A stretch of 64,000 nucleotides of DNA from contig CBDFJF010000002.1 in NCBI GenBank assembly GCA_965248265.1, positions 864,001 through 928,000 of the forward strand, read 5' to 3'. The DNA comes from Candidatus Latescibacterota bacterium. GTDB lineage: Bacteria; Latescibacterota; UBA2968; UBA8231. Below the pieces are notes generated by a model, which did not search any database, was not told the DNA's origin, and saw only the letters and a program-made list of their open reading frames with translations. Both the position numbers and the translations under genes were made by a program. This document shows, piece after piece, positions 46,152 through 55,940 of the stretch (positions within the stretch are counted from its first letter, which is position 1; each line of letters opens with the position of its first letter).

Positions 46152-49109
46152 ATGGTAGCTCGAATGATCACGGCGGATGACCTGGGGCAGTTGCCGGCGT
46201 GGGCGATCGTGGCGCTCTATGCGCGGGCATCGTTGAGGGCTTTACCGGCGGCAGCTGAGCTGATACAGGACCAGTCCTTGGCCCTGGATGCCGTCCACAT
46301 TGAAGCTGCTGCTGCTGCCACCCTGAGGGCGGCGGTGGCGGGTCAGACTGGCGCGCAGGACGAAAGGTTGCTCGGGGGACTCGCCGAGCGCTTGAATCAG
46401 TCAGAGCCGTCCGGAAGGCTCGCCGCAGGGGCAATGGCCTCGACACTTTCGACATCGGGTGTCGGTGATCTGGATGTCCTTGTAAACGAACTGTCGGAGC
46501 TTGATTACATAGCCGCGAATCTGGACGACTATCAGCTCTTGATGGATCGGTCCGGGGGCGGCCGCCCCGATGATCGCTCGCGGCCAGCTCCCAGAGAGCT
46601 ACTGGAGTATCCTCTGTGGCCCGACGACCCGCCACAGGAGGTAGTTGAGCTCAGCGATCAACTCTTCAAGAACCTGCAGCGATTCGGCCAAGCCGATGCA
46701 GGTGAGATCTATCACATGCTGTCGGGCGGCAAAACTGACTGGGGACAGGTCGAGAGATTCCTCGGCGGCCTGGTAGAAAGCACGTCCACCTCGCAGGATC
46801 AATCCACAGACCCCTCGAATACCACCACGCAGGACCAGGCAGAGACCAAGTCAGGCGGCTCGGGCGGAGGCCCACCGCAACCACCTGCCGACCCGCCGCG
46901 CCTGAGCATGATCGCCGATGAGGCGCTGCAGAGTGACGCGGATGACCGTCTCGGCTTCAGTGATTACGCCAATTCGCTGGCCGATCTGATCCACAATCCG
47001 AAGACGGGGACACCGCTGACCCTGGCCATCAACGCGCCATGGGGAGCCGGCAAGACGACGCTGGCGCGCATGGTCGAGCGCCGGCTGATAGAGCGAAAAT
47101 CCCACGTCACCTGCTGGTTCAATGCCTGGCTGCACGACGAGGCCGGGGATCTGGCCGGTGCTTTCGCCGGCGTGGTGGCGCGCGAAGCCAATCGCAACCG
47201 CCCGCGCTGGCGGCGGATCATCTCTCCCGTGCCGCTGTCGCTGCTGTCTCCGACCCAGCGGCTGACCCGCCGGTTGTTGTTTCTCGCTATCGTCATCCTG
47301 TTGGCTCTCGGGATCAGCTTGTGGGGCCCGGAGTCCGAAGCCCTCGACCAATTCTCGACCTGGGCACTGCAGCAATCCGTCGGGGCGAAGGCTCTCGTCA
47401 ACGCCAGTGCGGATTCCCTGCGCACCTACGACATAGCAATGGTGAGCGATGGTGCTGACACTACACGACTGTCCATAGCCGTCAATCAGAGTGCACCAAG
47501 CCCGGAGGACTCACCCTTCGAAGGTGGGGTCTGGTCCTGGTTTTTGAGCAGCCTGGGGATTCTGGCCGGCCTTGGTAAACTGGCCAACATGTTCAGCCCG
47601 GTGGCCCGTTCCCTCGCCGACTTTGTGCAGAACAGACAGAAGACTTCCAACGAGCAATCGCTGAATGAGGTCAGGTCGCAATTGAGAAGGCTGATCCGCC
47701 AGGCAACGCCGGACAACAACCGCTTCGTCATCTTCGTCGACGACCTCGAGCGTTGTCAGCCGCCGCGGCCCGTCGAGGTGATGGAAGTAGTCAGCCAGCT
47801 GCTGGCGCACCAGGACGTAGTCACCGTCATCGTCGCCGACATGCCGGCCGTCGCCGCCTGTGCCGAGATCAAGTACGAGGCGCTGGCACAGCGCTATCAA
47901 CCCAGCGGCGGCACTGCTCTCCGCACGGATGAGAGCAGCAGCCGGCAGGCATACGGCCGTCTCTATCTCCAGAAAATCGTCCAGCTCCAGTTCGATCTGC
48001 CATCGCAGGCATCGGGGCAGATCGAGAAGCTGATCAAGGATTACGTGGTAGAGCAGGAAGAAGACGTTGAGCAGGGGAATGCGGAAGAGCCGTCGGATGA
48101 CAAGAGCAGCGACACTCTATCGCTCATCGCTCGCGCGGGTGGAATCCTTCAGCCCGCCTCGAATGATCATTCATCAGAAGAGTCGATCGAAGACCTGATC
48201 AAAGAGGCCTGGCGGAGCAAGATCTGGCTCATCGGTGTCCTGCGGACGCTGCTGACTGTCGTCGCCGCGCCGTTCCTATGGTCGGTTCAGGCCGGGCGCA
48301 AGCTGGGATATCCGACTACCCGGCGAGGTCATCTATCGAACCGATCTGGTCTAGATCAATTCGTGTACGGCGTGAATTATCTGGGATGCTTCGGCTACAT
48401 GTATTTCGTCGTCCTCTATTGGAGCCTCTGCGCCTACAACAGCCATCTATTCAACGCGTACGGCGCGTCCGTGCCCGTCGTCCTGCTTCCAGTCGTTCTT
48501 CTGTTCAATGGTTTCTTCGCCTACGCCAAGTTCCGGGGCGACCGGGCCATGGTCGCGGTTGTGGAGGCCGAGATCGACCAGACATTTCGCCGGGCAAAAG
48601 ACGTCGACGCGGTCACGGAGGCGCTCATGGACAGCAGTTTCGCGAAGCAGATCGACCTCACTGAACTGATCCAGGAGCGCGAGCGATTCTACGTCACCAG
48701 TGATTCAGAGCTGATGGCCGAGGCCGAACGGGCGGCCCTGGAGTTCGTACCGCCTTTGCCGCGCAATGCCAAGCGATTCCTCAATCGGCTCCGTCTGGTC
48801 CTCAGCATTGCCTACCAGCGAGGTGTCTTTGTCGGTGAGCCCGTCGTTACGGCGCGGCATGTTGCCAAGTGGGCGGTGTTGCAGGAGCGCTGGCCCGAGC
48901 TGGCTCAAGCCCTGGGTACCAAACCGGAGGTCATCGACGATCTGGAAGGAAGCTTAACAGACAGGACAGCGCTGCGATCGACGATCGAGAGACTGGCGCC
49001 TTCGTACGTCGAGGATGATGACCTGGCTGTTTTTCTCAAGAAAGAGACGTTCGGCGCGCCCGTTTTGAGCCGGTTGGTGCGGTTCGAAAGGATGGCTGAA
49101 GCCGACTAG
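46152..49109 (+). CDS. KAP-family P-loop NTPase with TM segments and an uncharacterised N-terminal domain
   Basis: DRLGF, APWGAGKTT, FNAW, FVIFVDDLERC, YLQKIVQLQFDLP, PRNAKRFLN. Confidence 0.9.
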   Translation: MVARMITADDLGQLPAWAIVALYARASLRALPAAAELIQDQSLALDAVHIEAAAAATLRAAVAGQTGAQDERLLGGLAERLNQSEPSGRLAAGAMASTLSTSGVGDLDVLVNELSELDYIAANLDDYQLLMDRSGGGRPDDRSRPAPRELLEYPLWPDDPPQEVVELSDQLFKNLQRFGQADAGEIYHMLSGGKTDWGQVERFLGGLVESTSTSQDQSTDPSNTTTQDQAETKSGGSGGGPPQPPADPPRLSMIADEALQSDADDRLGFSDYANSLADLIHNPKTGTPLTLAINAPWGAGKTTLARMVERRLIERKSHVTCWFNAWLHDEAGDLAGAFAGVVAREANRNRPRWRRIISPVPLSLLSPTQRLTRRLLFLAIVILLALGISLWGPESEALDQFSTWALQQSVGAKALVNASADSLRTYDIAMVSDGADTTRLSIAVNQSAPSPEDSPFEGGVWSWFLSSLGILAGLGKLANMFSPVARSLADFVQNRQKTSNEQSLNEVRSQLRRLIRQATPDNNRFVIFVDDLERCQPPRPVEVMEVVSQLLAHQDVVTVIVADMPAVAACAEIKYEALAQRYQPSGGTALRTDESSSRQAYGRLYLQKIVQLQFDLPSQASGQIEKLIKDYVVEQEEDVEQGNAEEPSDDKSSDTLSLIARAGGILQPASNDHSSEESIEDLIKEAWRSKIWLIGVLRTLLTVVAAPFLWSVQAGRKLGYPTTRRGHLSNRSGLDQFVYGVNYLGCFGYMYFVVLYWSLCAYNSHLFNAYGASVPVVLLPVVLLFNGFFAYAKFRGDRAMVAVVEAEIDQTFRRAKDVDAVTEALMDSSFAKQIDLTELIQERERFYVTSDSELMAEAERAALEFVPPLPRNAKRFLNRLRLVLSIAYQRGVFVGEPVVTARHVAKWAVLQERWPELAQALGTKPEVIDDLEGSLTDRTALRSTIERLAPSYVEDDDLAVFLKKETFGAPVLSRLVRFERMAEAD

Positions 49110-49114
49110 GCACT

Positions 49115-49474
49115 TCAGAGTTTGATCAAGGCTGTCATGTAAGCTGCGTTTATGGCAAACAGGGTGGCCATGAATCCGAGTGTCCAGAAGAAATGCGAGT
49201 CAGCTTGTTTTTGCATCTCCCCGAATTGCCTCTGCATCTCTCCGAATTGGCTCTGCACATCCCCGAAGCGGCTCTGCACATCCCCAAAGCGGCCCTGCAC
49301 ATCCCCAAATTGCCCCTGCACCTCCGTAAACCGTGCCTGCATCTCCACACGGATTTCCCGGATGTCCAGGCGGATGTCCTGGAGGTCCTCGCGTAGATAG
49401 TTGATGCCCCAGTGCATGTCCTCGGGTGCCTGGTTGGGGGAAGAGTCAGGGGTTGACCGATCGCGATCTGCCAT
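49115..49474 (-). CDS. Small coiled-coil protein with C-terminal TM anchor (paralog 1, long stalk)
   Basis: MHWGINYLREDLQDIR, heptads such as FGDVQGR, TM FFWTLGFMATLFAINAAYMTALIKL. Confidence 0.82.
   Translation of the reverse strand: MADRDRSTPDSSPNQAPEDMHWGINYLREDLQDIRLDIREIRVEMQARFTEVQGQFGDVQGRFGDVQSRFGDVQSQFGEMQRQFGEMQKQADSHFFWTLGFMATLFAINAAYMTALIKL
49211..49336 (-). repeat. 21-bp imperfect tandem repeat x6 encoding heptads
   Basis: Units such as CTGCACATCCCCGAAGCGGCT at 49211, 49232, 49253, 49274, 49295, 49316. Confidence 0.9.
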
Positions 49475-49520
49475 GTTGTGTCTCCGGAGAAGGTAGTTGT
49501 CGATACGCAGGCAGACAAAC

Positions 49521-49535
49521 GCAATTTCAGTACCT
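49521..49535 (-). promoter_or_regulatory. sigma54 promoter AGGTACTGAAATTGC
   Basis: GG-N10-GC, 47 nt from ATG 49474; same position as in the paralog. Confidence 0.6.
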
Positions 49536-49689
49536 GCGCGACCTCCTCAGTGAGCACCTCATTGGCGTTGGGCAAGTGTAACCCTCACGACACAGGTATG
49601 TTCCTGAATGGCGCCAGAAGGCGTGGGGTTGGAGAAAAGCGAAAAGCGCCACAGCTGATGCTGCAGCGCTCAATTTGGAGGTAAAGGCC

Positions 49690-49716
49690 GGAGTGCCAGT
49701 AAGGACCGGCACTTCA
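49690..49716 (-). terminator. Stem-loop at the stop of paralog 2
   Basis: Minus-strand AGTGCCGGT-CCTT-ACTGGCACT stem; weak U-tract. Confidence 0.35.
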
Positions 49717-49989
49717 GAGCTTGATCAAGGCCGTCATGTAAGCTGCGTTTATGGCAAACAGGGTCGCCATGAACCCGAGTGTCCAGAAGAAACGCGAGTC
49801 CAATTGTTTCTGCATTGCGGTAAATTTGCTCTCCACATCCCCGAAGCGGCCCTGTATCTCGACGCGGATCTCCCGAATGTCCAGACGGATATCCTGGATG
49901 TCCTCGCGCAGGTAGTTGATACCCCAGTGCATGTCCTCGGGTGTCTGGTTGGGGGAAGAGTCAGGGGTTGGCCGGTCGCGATCTGCCAT
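49714..49989 (-). CDS. Small coiled-coil protein with C-terminal TM anchor (paralog 2, short stalk)
   Basis: Near-identical to 49115-49474 but 28 aa (4 heptads) shorter. Confidence 0.82.
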   Translation of the reverse strand: MADRDRPTPDSSPNQTPEDMHWGINYLREDIQDIRLDIREIRVEIQGRFGDVESKFTAMQKQLDSRFFWTLGFMATLFAINAAYMTALIKL

Positions 49990-50036
49990 AGGTTAAGCTC
50001 CAATAGAAGATAATCGTGGAATCACCAGCGCACAAC

Positions 50037-50051
50037 GCAATTCCGGTGCCA
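50037..50051 (-). promoter_or_regulatory. sigma54 promoter TGGCACCGGAATTGC
   Basis: Consensus TGGCAC-N5-TTGC, 48 nt from ATG 49989. Confidence 0.72.
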
Positions 50052-50148
50052 CATCAAACCCTCTGACGAGGATGCCCTCACGTCCCAAATAGTGTTACCT
50101 CATGCGCCCACCAGTGTTTCCCGACAACCTCATGCGGACGGTGGCACT

Positions 50149-50484
50149 CTAGAAATCAGCGTACTCCGGCCGCGACGGCGCGAATACCTCAACCACAACC
50201 GAATCCTCCAGCGCATCGGCCGCGTGGACCTTGTCGCCCTCCATCACATACCCATCACCCGCCTCAGCGATGAACTCGTCTTCCGGGTTCTCGCCATAGA
50301 ACCTAATCTTGCCCGAGATGCACATGCCGATCTGCACCGGTCCATGGCTGTGCAGGGGTATCTGTGAGCCCTTATTCAATGTTATGTGGCAGAGCATGGC
50401 GTCGTCGTTGTAGGTCAGGGTGCGGCGGGTGATGCCGTCGAGCATTTCTACGGCATTGGCAGTGTCGATGCTTTTCTGTTTCAC
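50149..50484 (-). CDS. Cupin domain protein
   Basis: PLHSH..VQIG..ISG, HAA.ALEDS.VVEVFAP.R. Confidence 0.88.
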   Translation of the reverse strand: MKQKSIDTANAVEMLDGITRRTLTYNDDAMLCHITLNKGSQIPLHSHGPVQIGMCISGKIRFYGENPEDEFIAEAGDGYVMEGDKVHAADALEDSVVVEVFAPSRPEYADF

Positions 50485-50526
50485 AGGTGATGAATCCTTT
50501 CAGTCAGATGGTGGGAAGTTTCGATA

Positions 50527-51297
50527 TCATTGCCGAATGAGATTGGCGCCGAATTCGCGGATGGCATTTTCGTCGGCTTTTTCCAGCGGCGTGTAGCGCG
50601 AGTGGTGGCTGTCTTTGTAGGGATCGTTGCGAGCGGCGTTGTAGCAGCAGACCATCGACCACCGCCGATCGTCGGAGAGATTCTGGTCGGAACGATGGAG
50701 GAGATTGCAATGGAAGAACAGGGCATCGCCGGGATCGAGCTCGCAGTAGACGAGATCCAGGCGCTGAGTGGCCATTTCCACGCGCTCGGGATCGGCGCCG
50801 CGCAGCTCGCCGACATCGACGTGATCGATGCGTCCCATGTGATGAGATCCGGACAGCACCTGCATGCAGCCGTTGGTGCGGGTGGCCGGGTCGACGGCGA
50901 TGGCGACACTGGCCATCAGCGGATACAGGCAGGCGCCATTGTACCAGTAGCCGTAGTCCTGATGCCAGGCAAAGGCGCCTCCTGTGCGCGGGTCCTTCAG
51001 GATCATCTTCGAGTGGTAGTGATAGACCTCACCGTCCAGGAGCTTCTCCATCGAGTCGACGAGTCTGCGGCTGCGTGAGAATAGCCCATAAATGCCATCC
51101 GCCGGTTGGTCCCACACTTTCAGTCTGATCGCGCCACCTTCGCCGTCATTGAGGCCGACGGCCTGTTCATCGAGAGCCTGGTCCTCGAGGGCTGCATCGC
51201 GCAGCAAGTCGATTTCATCGGCGCTGAACATCCGCCGGGCGATACAGAAGCCGTCGCGGTTGAAGCCCGCGAGTTGACTATCGTCAAGAATCGTCAT
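50527..51297 (-). CDS. Phytanoyl-CoA dioxygenase (PhyH) family Fe(II)/2OG enzyme
   Basis: WHQDYGYW, NGCMQVLSGSH, PGDALFFHCNLLHRS. Confidence 0.9.
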   Translation of the reverse strand: MTILDDSQLAGFNRDGFCIARRMFSADEIDLLRDAALEDQALDEQAVGLNDGEGGAIRLKVWDQPADGIYGLFSRSRRLVDSMEKLLDGEVYHYHSKMILKDPRTGGAFAWHQDYGYWYNGACLYPLMASVAIAVDPATRTNGCMQVLSGSHHMGRIDHVDVGELRGADPERVEMATQRLDLVYCELDPGDALFFHCNLLHRSDQNLSDDRRWSMVCCYNAARNDPYKDSHHSRYTPLEKADENAIREFGANLIRQ

Positions 51298-51323
51298 AGC
51301 CGTAATAACAATAGACCGCGGGA

Positions 51324-52163
51324 TTACCCACGAGCGGGTTCAGCCGCCTCGGCGCGGTATTTGGCCGACAGGGCGGCCAGATGTCCGTCATTAGCCATTA
51401 GTTGCTCAAGGTGGATCATGCGCTGCGGGCTGGCGGTGGAAACCATCTTCTCACCATAGGCGCGTTCGACCCAGAACCGGGACATTCCCCCCATATCCTG
51501 CTTGAGCATGTCGATGTGATCGTCAGAGACGCGCTCGCAGCAGTTGATTGTGAACATGCGCCGGCGCTGGCTGCCACCGAAGGCGGCGTGCTTGGTGTTG
51601 TGGCGGAAGGCGACGATGTCGCCGGGTTCGACTTCGAGGGCCACGGCCGGCACTGCTTTCCCGATCACACCCCACATTTCTTCTGAGTTCTTCACATTCT
51701 CCTCGAGGCTCTCGGAATAGTCGTCGCCCATGAGATGACTGCCAGGAATCACCCGGAGGCACCCGTTGTCTTTATCAAGCGTATCCAGGTAGAAGGCGAT
51801 CTTGACGTAGCGGATTTCCTTGTGGAAGCCGTCGGAATGCCACCGGGTGTCGCCGGCGTAGTAGTTGCCGTCCGAACCGGTGTAGTTAAAGTCATCGCCG
51901 AGCAGGCTGCTGAGGGTTCCTTCGATGCGCGGGTCATCGAGAAGGGCACACAGCCTTTCGTGCTGGTCCAGGAAGGGGAAGATGCACGAGCGGTTGACGC
52001 CGTCGTGCGGCTTGCCATTGTGGCCGCCGCCGTGCTCGGTCCATATCTGTTCGAAGGCATCGGTGATTTCGGCGATCGAATCGGTCATGAGGCCCGGCAG
52101 GGAGAGGTAACCGAAGGTTTCGAAGAAATTGAGTTGCTCTCGGGTGAGGTGGAACTGGGTCAT
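51324..52163 (-). CDS. Phytanoyl-CoA dioxygenase (PhyH) family protein
   Basis: FFETFGYL, WHSD, NGCLRVIPGSH, PGDIVAF.H..KH. Confidence 0.88.
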   Translation of the reverse strand: MTQFHLTREQLNFFETFGYLSLPGLMTDSIAEITDAFEQIWTEHGGGHNGKPHDGVNRSCIFPFLDQHERLCALLDDPRIEGTLSSLLGDDFNYTGSDGNYYAGDTRWHSDGFHKEIRYVKIAFYLDTLDKDNGCLRVIPGSHLMGDDYSESLEENVKNSEEMWGVIGKAVPAVALEVEPGDIVAFRHNTKHAAFGGSQRRRMFTINCCERVSDDHIDMLKQDMGGMSRFWVERAYGEKMVSTASPQRMIHLEQLMANDGHLAALSAKYRAEAAEPARG

Positions 52164-52456
52164 GGTTCTCTCAGCGTGATTTCGCTTGGGTCGCATTCGA
52201 TCTCATCAGGACAGACAAAAATGCTGTGCGGCGGCCGGACCGGCAAGCAAGTCCAATATCTATTCATAGACGCACGCGGACGCACGCGAATGCCACGGTA
52301 GAGGCAAGGGGGACCGCAACAGACGGTCCGCCGGCCGGCCGAAGGATCTGCAAGACGTAGAGTACTTGGATTCTGCTTCCGAGAATCCTGATTCCGAATG
52401 ACTCTCGCCTCTGAGCTCTGAAGCGGACTCTACCTGCCTACCCGAAATCGCTTGGC

Positions 52457-55400
52457 CTATCGTAACAGCAAGAGCTTACGCGAGAACACCTCGTTTCCAG
52501 CCTCCAGACGATACCAGTAAACACCACTGGCCACGCTCCGACCCTCATCGTCGCGGCCATCCCACCGCACAGTGTGAACCCCTCTCCCCCGCGGACCCTG
52601 GGCCAATACGGCTACGCGCTGGCCGACCAGGTCAAACAGGGTGACCGCCACCGGGCCAGGTTCAGCTAGGGCGAACCGGATCGTCGTCATGCTGTTGAAC
52701 GGGTTGGGGAAGTTCTGCTCAAGCCCGGAGGAGGTGGGCAGACCCAGATGCTCCCGGGCCAGCACTAGCAGCTTCGCATGCGCCTCCCCACCAAAATGGT
52801 CGGCGAAGACGAAGAAATCTGCGGCGTCAACGGTACCCCCGCCGTCCAGGTCGAAAAGGGGGTTCGTGCCGCCAAACGCATCGACGAACAGGAAGAAGTC
52901 GCCGAATCCGACGATGCCGTCGGCGTCGAAATCGGCTGCTACCGTGTTGGGATCCGGCAGAATCACAGCGTCAGCGAGGTGCTGCGTGTTGTCAGAAGGA
53001 TCAGTTTCGATTTCGTCGGCGGTGAAGGTGAGCTCGAAATCCAGCTCACCACTCTGCAGGGGAGTGAAATACAGGAAAATATCCAGCAGGCTGTTCTCAT
53101 CCGAAAAGTCACCACAGTTGAACACCCCACCGAAGGCACTTTGCTCGATGCTGACACAATCGCTCAGGCTCTGCTCGTTCACGACCGTGTCTTCGAAGCG
53201 AATCGGCGTGGCCGAGGTGAAGGTGAGGCGCACGTTGGTCGCTGTGCCGCCACCTACCAGTCTCAGGCCCGCGTACACCGTCATCGAGCGGAAGTCGTTG
53301 ACCCTTGGATCGGAACTGTCGTTGCGCAGGAACGTGAGCAGATTCACCACTGGCGGCAGCGAGGCTGCGTTGAGTGGATCGGTGCCGCGGGTGAACTCGA
53401 CGAGATTGCTGACACCATCCAGATCGGCATCCTCCAGGGCGTCGGCGGAGTCGTCGGGGTCGAAACCGAAGACGAGCTCGAATCCGTCCGGCAGTCCGTC
53501 CATGTCAGTGTCCGGCATCTCCTCCGGATTCAGCATGCCGTCGTCGTTGTCATCCGACCAGCCCAGATAGTCGTCGGGGAAATCGTCCAGCTCATCCGGC
53601 ACCCCATCGGCGTCCGAGTCCAGGCTCAAAGCCGGATCTCGCAGCGGTCCGTCGCAGAAATAGGATGCTTCGGGCAGAGCACCAAGGCTGATCTGTGAAA
53701 AATGACAATTCATGGCCTCGAAGTTGTTCAAACGGCCATCGATGATGCTGGCGCCTATCATTTCATCCAGAGTCTGGCTGAAGAAACGGTTCGTCTCTCC
53801 AGGGTCTCCGCTGACCTCAAGCGTACCCAGCAGTTGTCCTTGGCATCCAAAACGGTGATTGAGCTCGGTAGCGGTGACCGCACACTCGGCATCGGAGTCG
53901 CCGGCCGTCTGGCGAAGAACAGTGGTGACATCATCTGCGAGTTCGGTCTGCAGTGAAGCCAGCCTGGGAAACGAAGTCGAGGGATCCTGAAGCTGCTCGT
54001 TGATGGCCAGTTGTGTGTCGATGAACGACTGATATTCAGTCTCCAGTTCCGCGTCGCCTTTCATCCCGTCGACTATGGTATCAAAAGCCAGCACATCCCC
54101 AGCGCGAACCGCGTCGAGTAATTGGATCAACTGAGTGCGACGGCTCTCGTAGAAGTGATTGAAGATGAGGCCGCCGTAGCGGTAAAACTTGAAGCCCTCG
54201 CTGTAGCAGGAGTTCATGGTCTGAGCGACGGTCAACCGATCGGCACCGTCGAAACCGATGCTCTCGACCAGACCTCGTCGCACCGGAATCCCATCAGCCT
54301 GCGTGCTCGCCGCCAGGAACTCGGCCAGCCCCTCGTCGACCCAGGTCAGACGACAGTCCTCATACAATTCCGTGGTCCCCCACAGTCCCTCATGGACGTA
54401 GCGGGCGAACAGGTAGTGGACGTACTCGTGGCGGAACAGTTCCTCCAGGGTGAAGGTGCTCTCCTGCGGGGTTCTCTGATAGGTATAGAACGTGGCATCC
54501 CCCTCGATGTAAATGCCGCCATTGTCGGTGTCCAGACCATATAGGAAGCCCTGGTAGCGTTCGTACTCAGTTTTGGTCCCGTAGACCTTCATGATGAGGG
54601 TTTCATTGACATCACCGGTAACCGGCGTCGTCGACTCGATGACCCGGTAGAACTGAGACTGGACCTGCTTGGCTGCGTGATAGAGCCCCTGGACCACGTT
54701 GGCTTCGAGCGAGGTTTCGACGACCATGGCGCCGTCGTCGAAGCGGAAGGTATGCGGAAATGCCAGTCCGGTGATCTCGTCGACGAGGTCATCCCTGCAG
54801 ATGCCCTGAGTCTCGCAGTCGATGTGGTCCTCGAGCCCTTCCGTCACCAGAAGGAAGGCCGCGCTCAGACGGGGATAGACCGGCAGGATCTCCGTCAGCG
54901 CAGCAACGACCTCATCCCGTAGTTCCTCCATTTCGACGAGCCGTGCCAGTTCACGGATGGCGTTCTCGACGAGATAGGCCTGGTCGGGGTAGAGATACTC
55001 AAACAACGAGGCCTGTTGCATGACCGAGACGATTTCGGGGTCCTCGCCGATTGCCTCCAGGTAGTCCTCGTCGCTGTTGACGAAGCCGCGGAAGAGGATG
55101 AAGAAGGTGTTGTTGTAGGCTGCCCGTTGGCTCGTGGACTCGGATCGCTCAGGCGTCATGTTGAGCAAGATCTGCTTGATCTCGGCCAAATGGCGATGCC
55201 TCAGCCCATCGTGGTCGGTGACCGTCAGCCACTCCGCCAGGATGTCGGCCGCGTCGTCGTTCAAATCGTAGATGCGGTCATTCGCCGCAAACGCGGCAGA
55301 GGCGGCTACGTGTGCGGTGAGGGTTTCCTCGGAAAACGCCGCTACCTCCTCCTCGAAGAATTCGTAGAAGTAGCCGACATGGGGGAAGAACCAGAGCTGA

Positions 55401-55831
55401 TGCAGGCCCAGGGTATTGGTGCCGTCGTAGTCGGGGGACAATTCTGCGATTGAATCGAAAACGGCTTGCATGTTCTCGTCGCTGAACGCCTCGACGAGGT
55501 TCACATCGAAGTCCCACAGAAAATCTGCCAGGCAGCCATCAACCGGGTGCGTCCTCAGGTAGTCGACGAGCTCCTGCGCATCCAATGCGGCCACGAAGAC
55601 GGAGGAGCACTCAGGGTCCTGGAGGACGGCCGTCGGCTTGGCGCTGGTCGACAGCCAGGAATCCCTGGGCAGGCGGTGCGAATCCATCGGTTCCACGATC
55701 CCATCGACGACGGGTCTGTCGGGGCGTAGCGGTGAGCGCTCGCCGCTCGGAGGGCGAAGGTCCTGCGCAGATAGCAGGGACATCGTTCCGGAGGAGAGAC
55801 CCAAGGCGATCGCCAGTATCGTCTTTGTCAT
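52457..55831 (-). CDS. Secreted M9-family collagenase with Ca-binding repeats, Ig-like domain, EF-hand/dockerin-like motif and FlgD-Ig/T9SS-like C-terminal domain
   Basis: Signal peptide; TDNGGIYIEG, LEELFRHEYVHYL..RY, W..EGLAEF; DSDADGVPD repeats; DFDADGIVGFGDF; QNFPNPFN...WDGRD..G..VASGVYWYRL. Confidence 0.9.
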   Translation of the reverse strand: MTKTILAIALGLSSGTMSLLSAQDLRPPSGERSPLRPDRPVVDGIVEPMDSHRLPRDSWLSTSAKPTAVLQDPECSSVFVAALDAQELVDYLRTHPVDGCLADFLWDFDVNLVEAFSDENMQAVFDSIAELSPDYDGTNTLGLHQLWFFPHVGYFYEFFEEEVAAFSEETLTAHVAASAAFAANDRIYDLNDDAADILAEWLTVTDHDGLRHRHLAEIKQILLNMTPERSESTSQRAAYNNTFFILFRGFVNSDEDYLEAIGEDPEIVSVMQQASLFEYLYPDQAYLVENAIRELARLVEMEELRDEVVAALTEILPVYPRLSAAFLLVTEGLEDHIDCETQGICRDDLVDEITGLAFPHTFRFDDGAMVVETSLEANVVQGLYHAAKQVQSQFYRVIESTTPVTGDVNETLIMKVYGTKTEYERYQGFLYGLDTDNGGIYIEGDATFYTYQRTPQESTFTLEELFRHEYVHYLFARYVHEGLWGTTELYEDCRLTWVDEGLAEFLAASTQADGIPVRRGLVESIGFDGADRLTVAQTMNSCYSEGFKFYRYGGLIFNHFYESRRTQLIQLLDAVRAGDVLAFDTIVDGMKGDAELETEYQSFIDTQLAINEQLQDPSTSFPRLASLQTELADDVTTVLRQTAGDSDAECAVTATELNHRFGCQGQLLGTLEVSGDPGETNRFFSQTLDEMIGASIIDGRLNNFEAMNCHFSQISLGALPEASYFCDGPLRDPALSLDSDADGVPDELDDFPDDYLGWSDDNDDGMLNPEEMPDTDMDGLPDGFELVFGFDPDDSADALEDADLDGVSNLVEFTRGTDPLNAASLPPVVNLLTFLRNDSSDPRVNDFRSMTVYAGLRLVGGGTATNVRLTFTSATPIRFEDTVVNEQSLSDCVSIEQSAFGGVFNCGDFSDENSLLDIFLYFTPLQSGELDFELTFTADEIETDPSDNTQHLADAVILPDPNTVAADFDADGIVGFGDFFLFVDAFGGTNPLFDLDGGGTVDAADFFVFADHFGGEAHAKLLVLAREHLGLPTSSGLEQNFPNPFNSMTTIRFALAEPGPVAVTLFDLVGQRVAVLAQGPRGRGVHTVRWDGRDDEGRSVASGVYWYRLEAGNEVFSRKLLLLR

Positions 55832-55940
55832 ATCAGCACCTACCTTGAACATCGGCAGATTCCACCAATATCCGGGTGATCGAGGTCACCCTTTCCAACT
55901 CCTTCTGACAGAGGGTTTTCAGCGGTTCTCCGTCTCTTTC

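Noticed and set aside
49109-49989. Paired repeats as a DGR template/variable region
   Set aside because: No reverse transcriptase in the window; both copies are intact ORFs with their own promoters; differences are not adenine-specific
52269-52430. GACGCACGCG doublet, small hairpin and degenerate short repeats in the intergenic region
   Set aside because: Too short and degenerate to call as REP, MITE or terminator from a single copy
55840-55935. Riboswitch upstream of the collagenase
   Set aside because: Only one hairpin (GGGTGAT-CGAG-GTCACCC, 55874-55891); no recognisable c-di-GMP or other aptamer consensus; an Rfam scan would be needed
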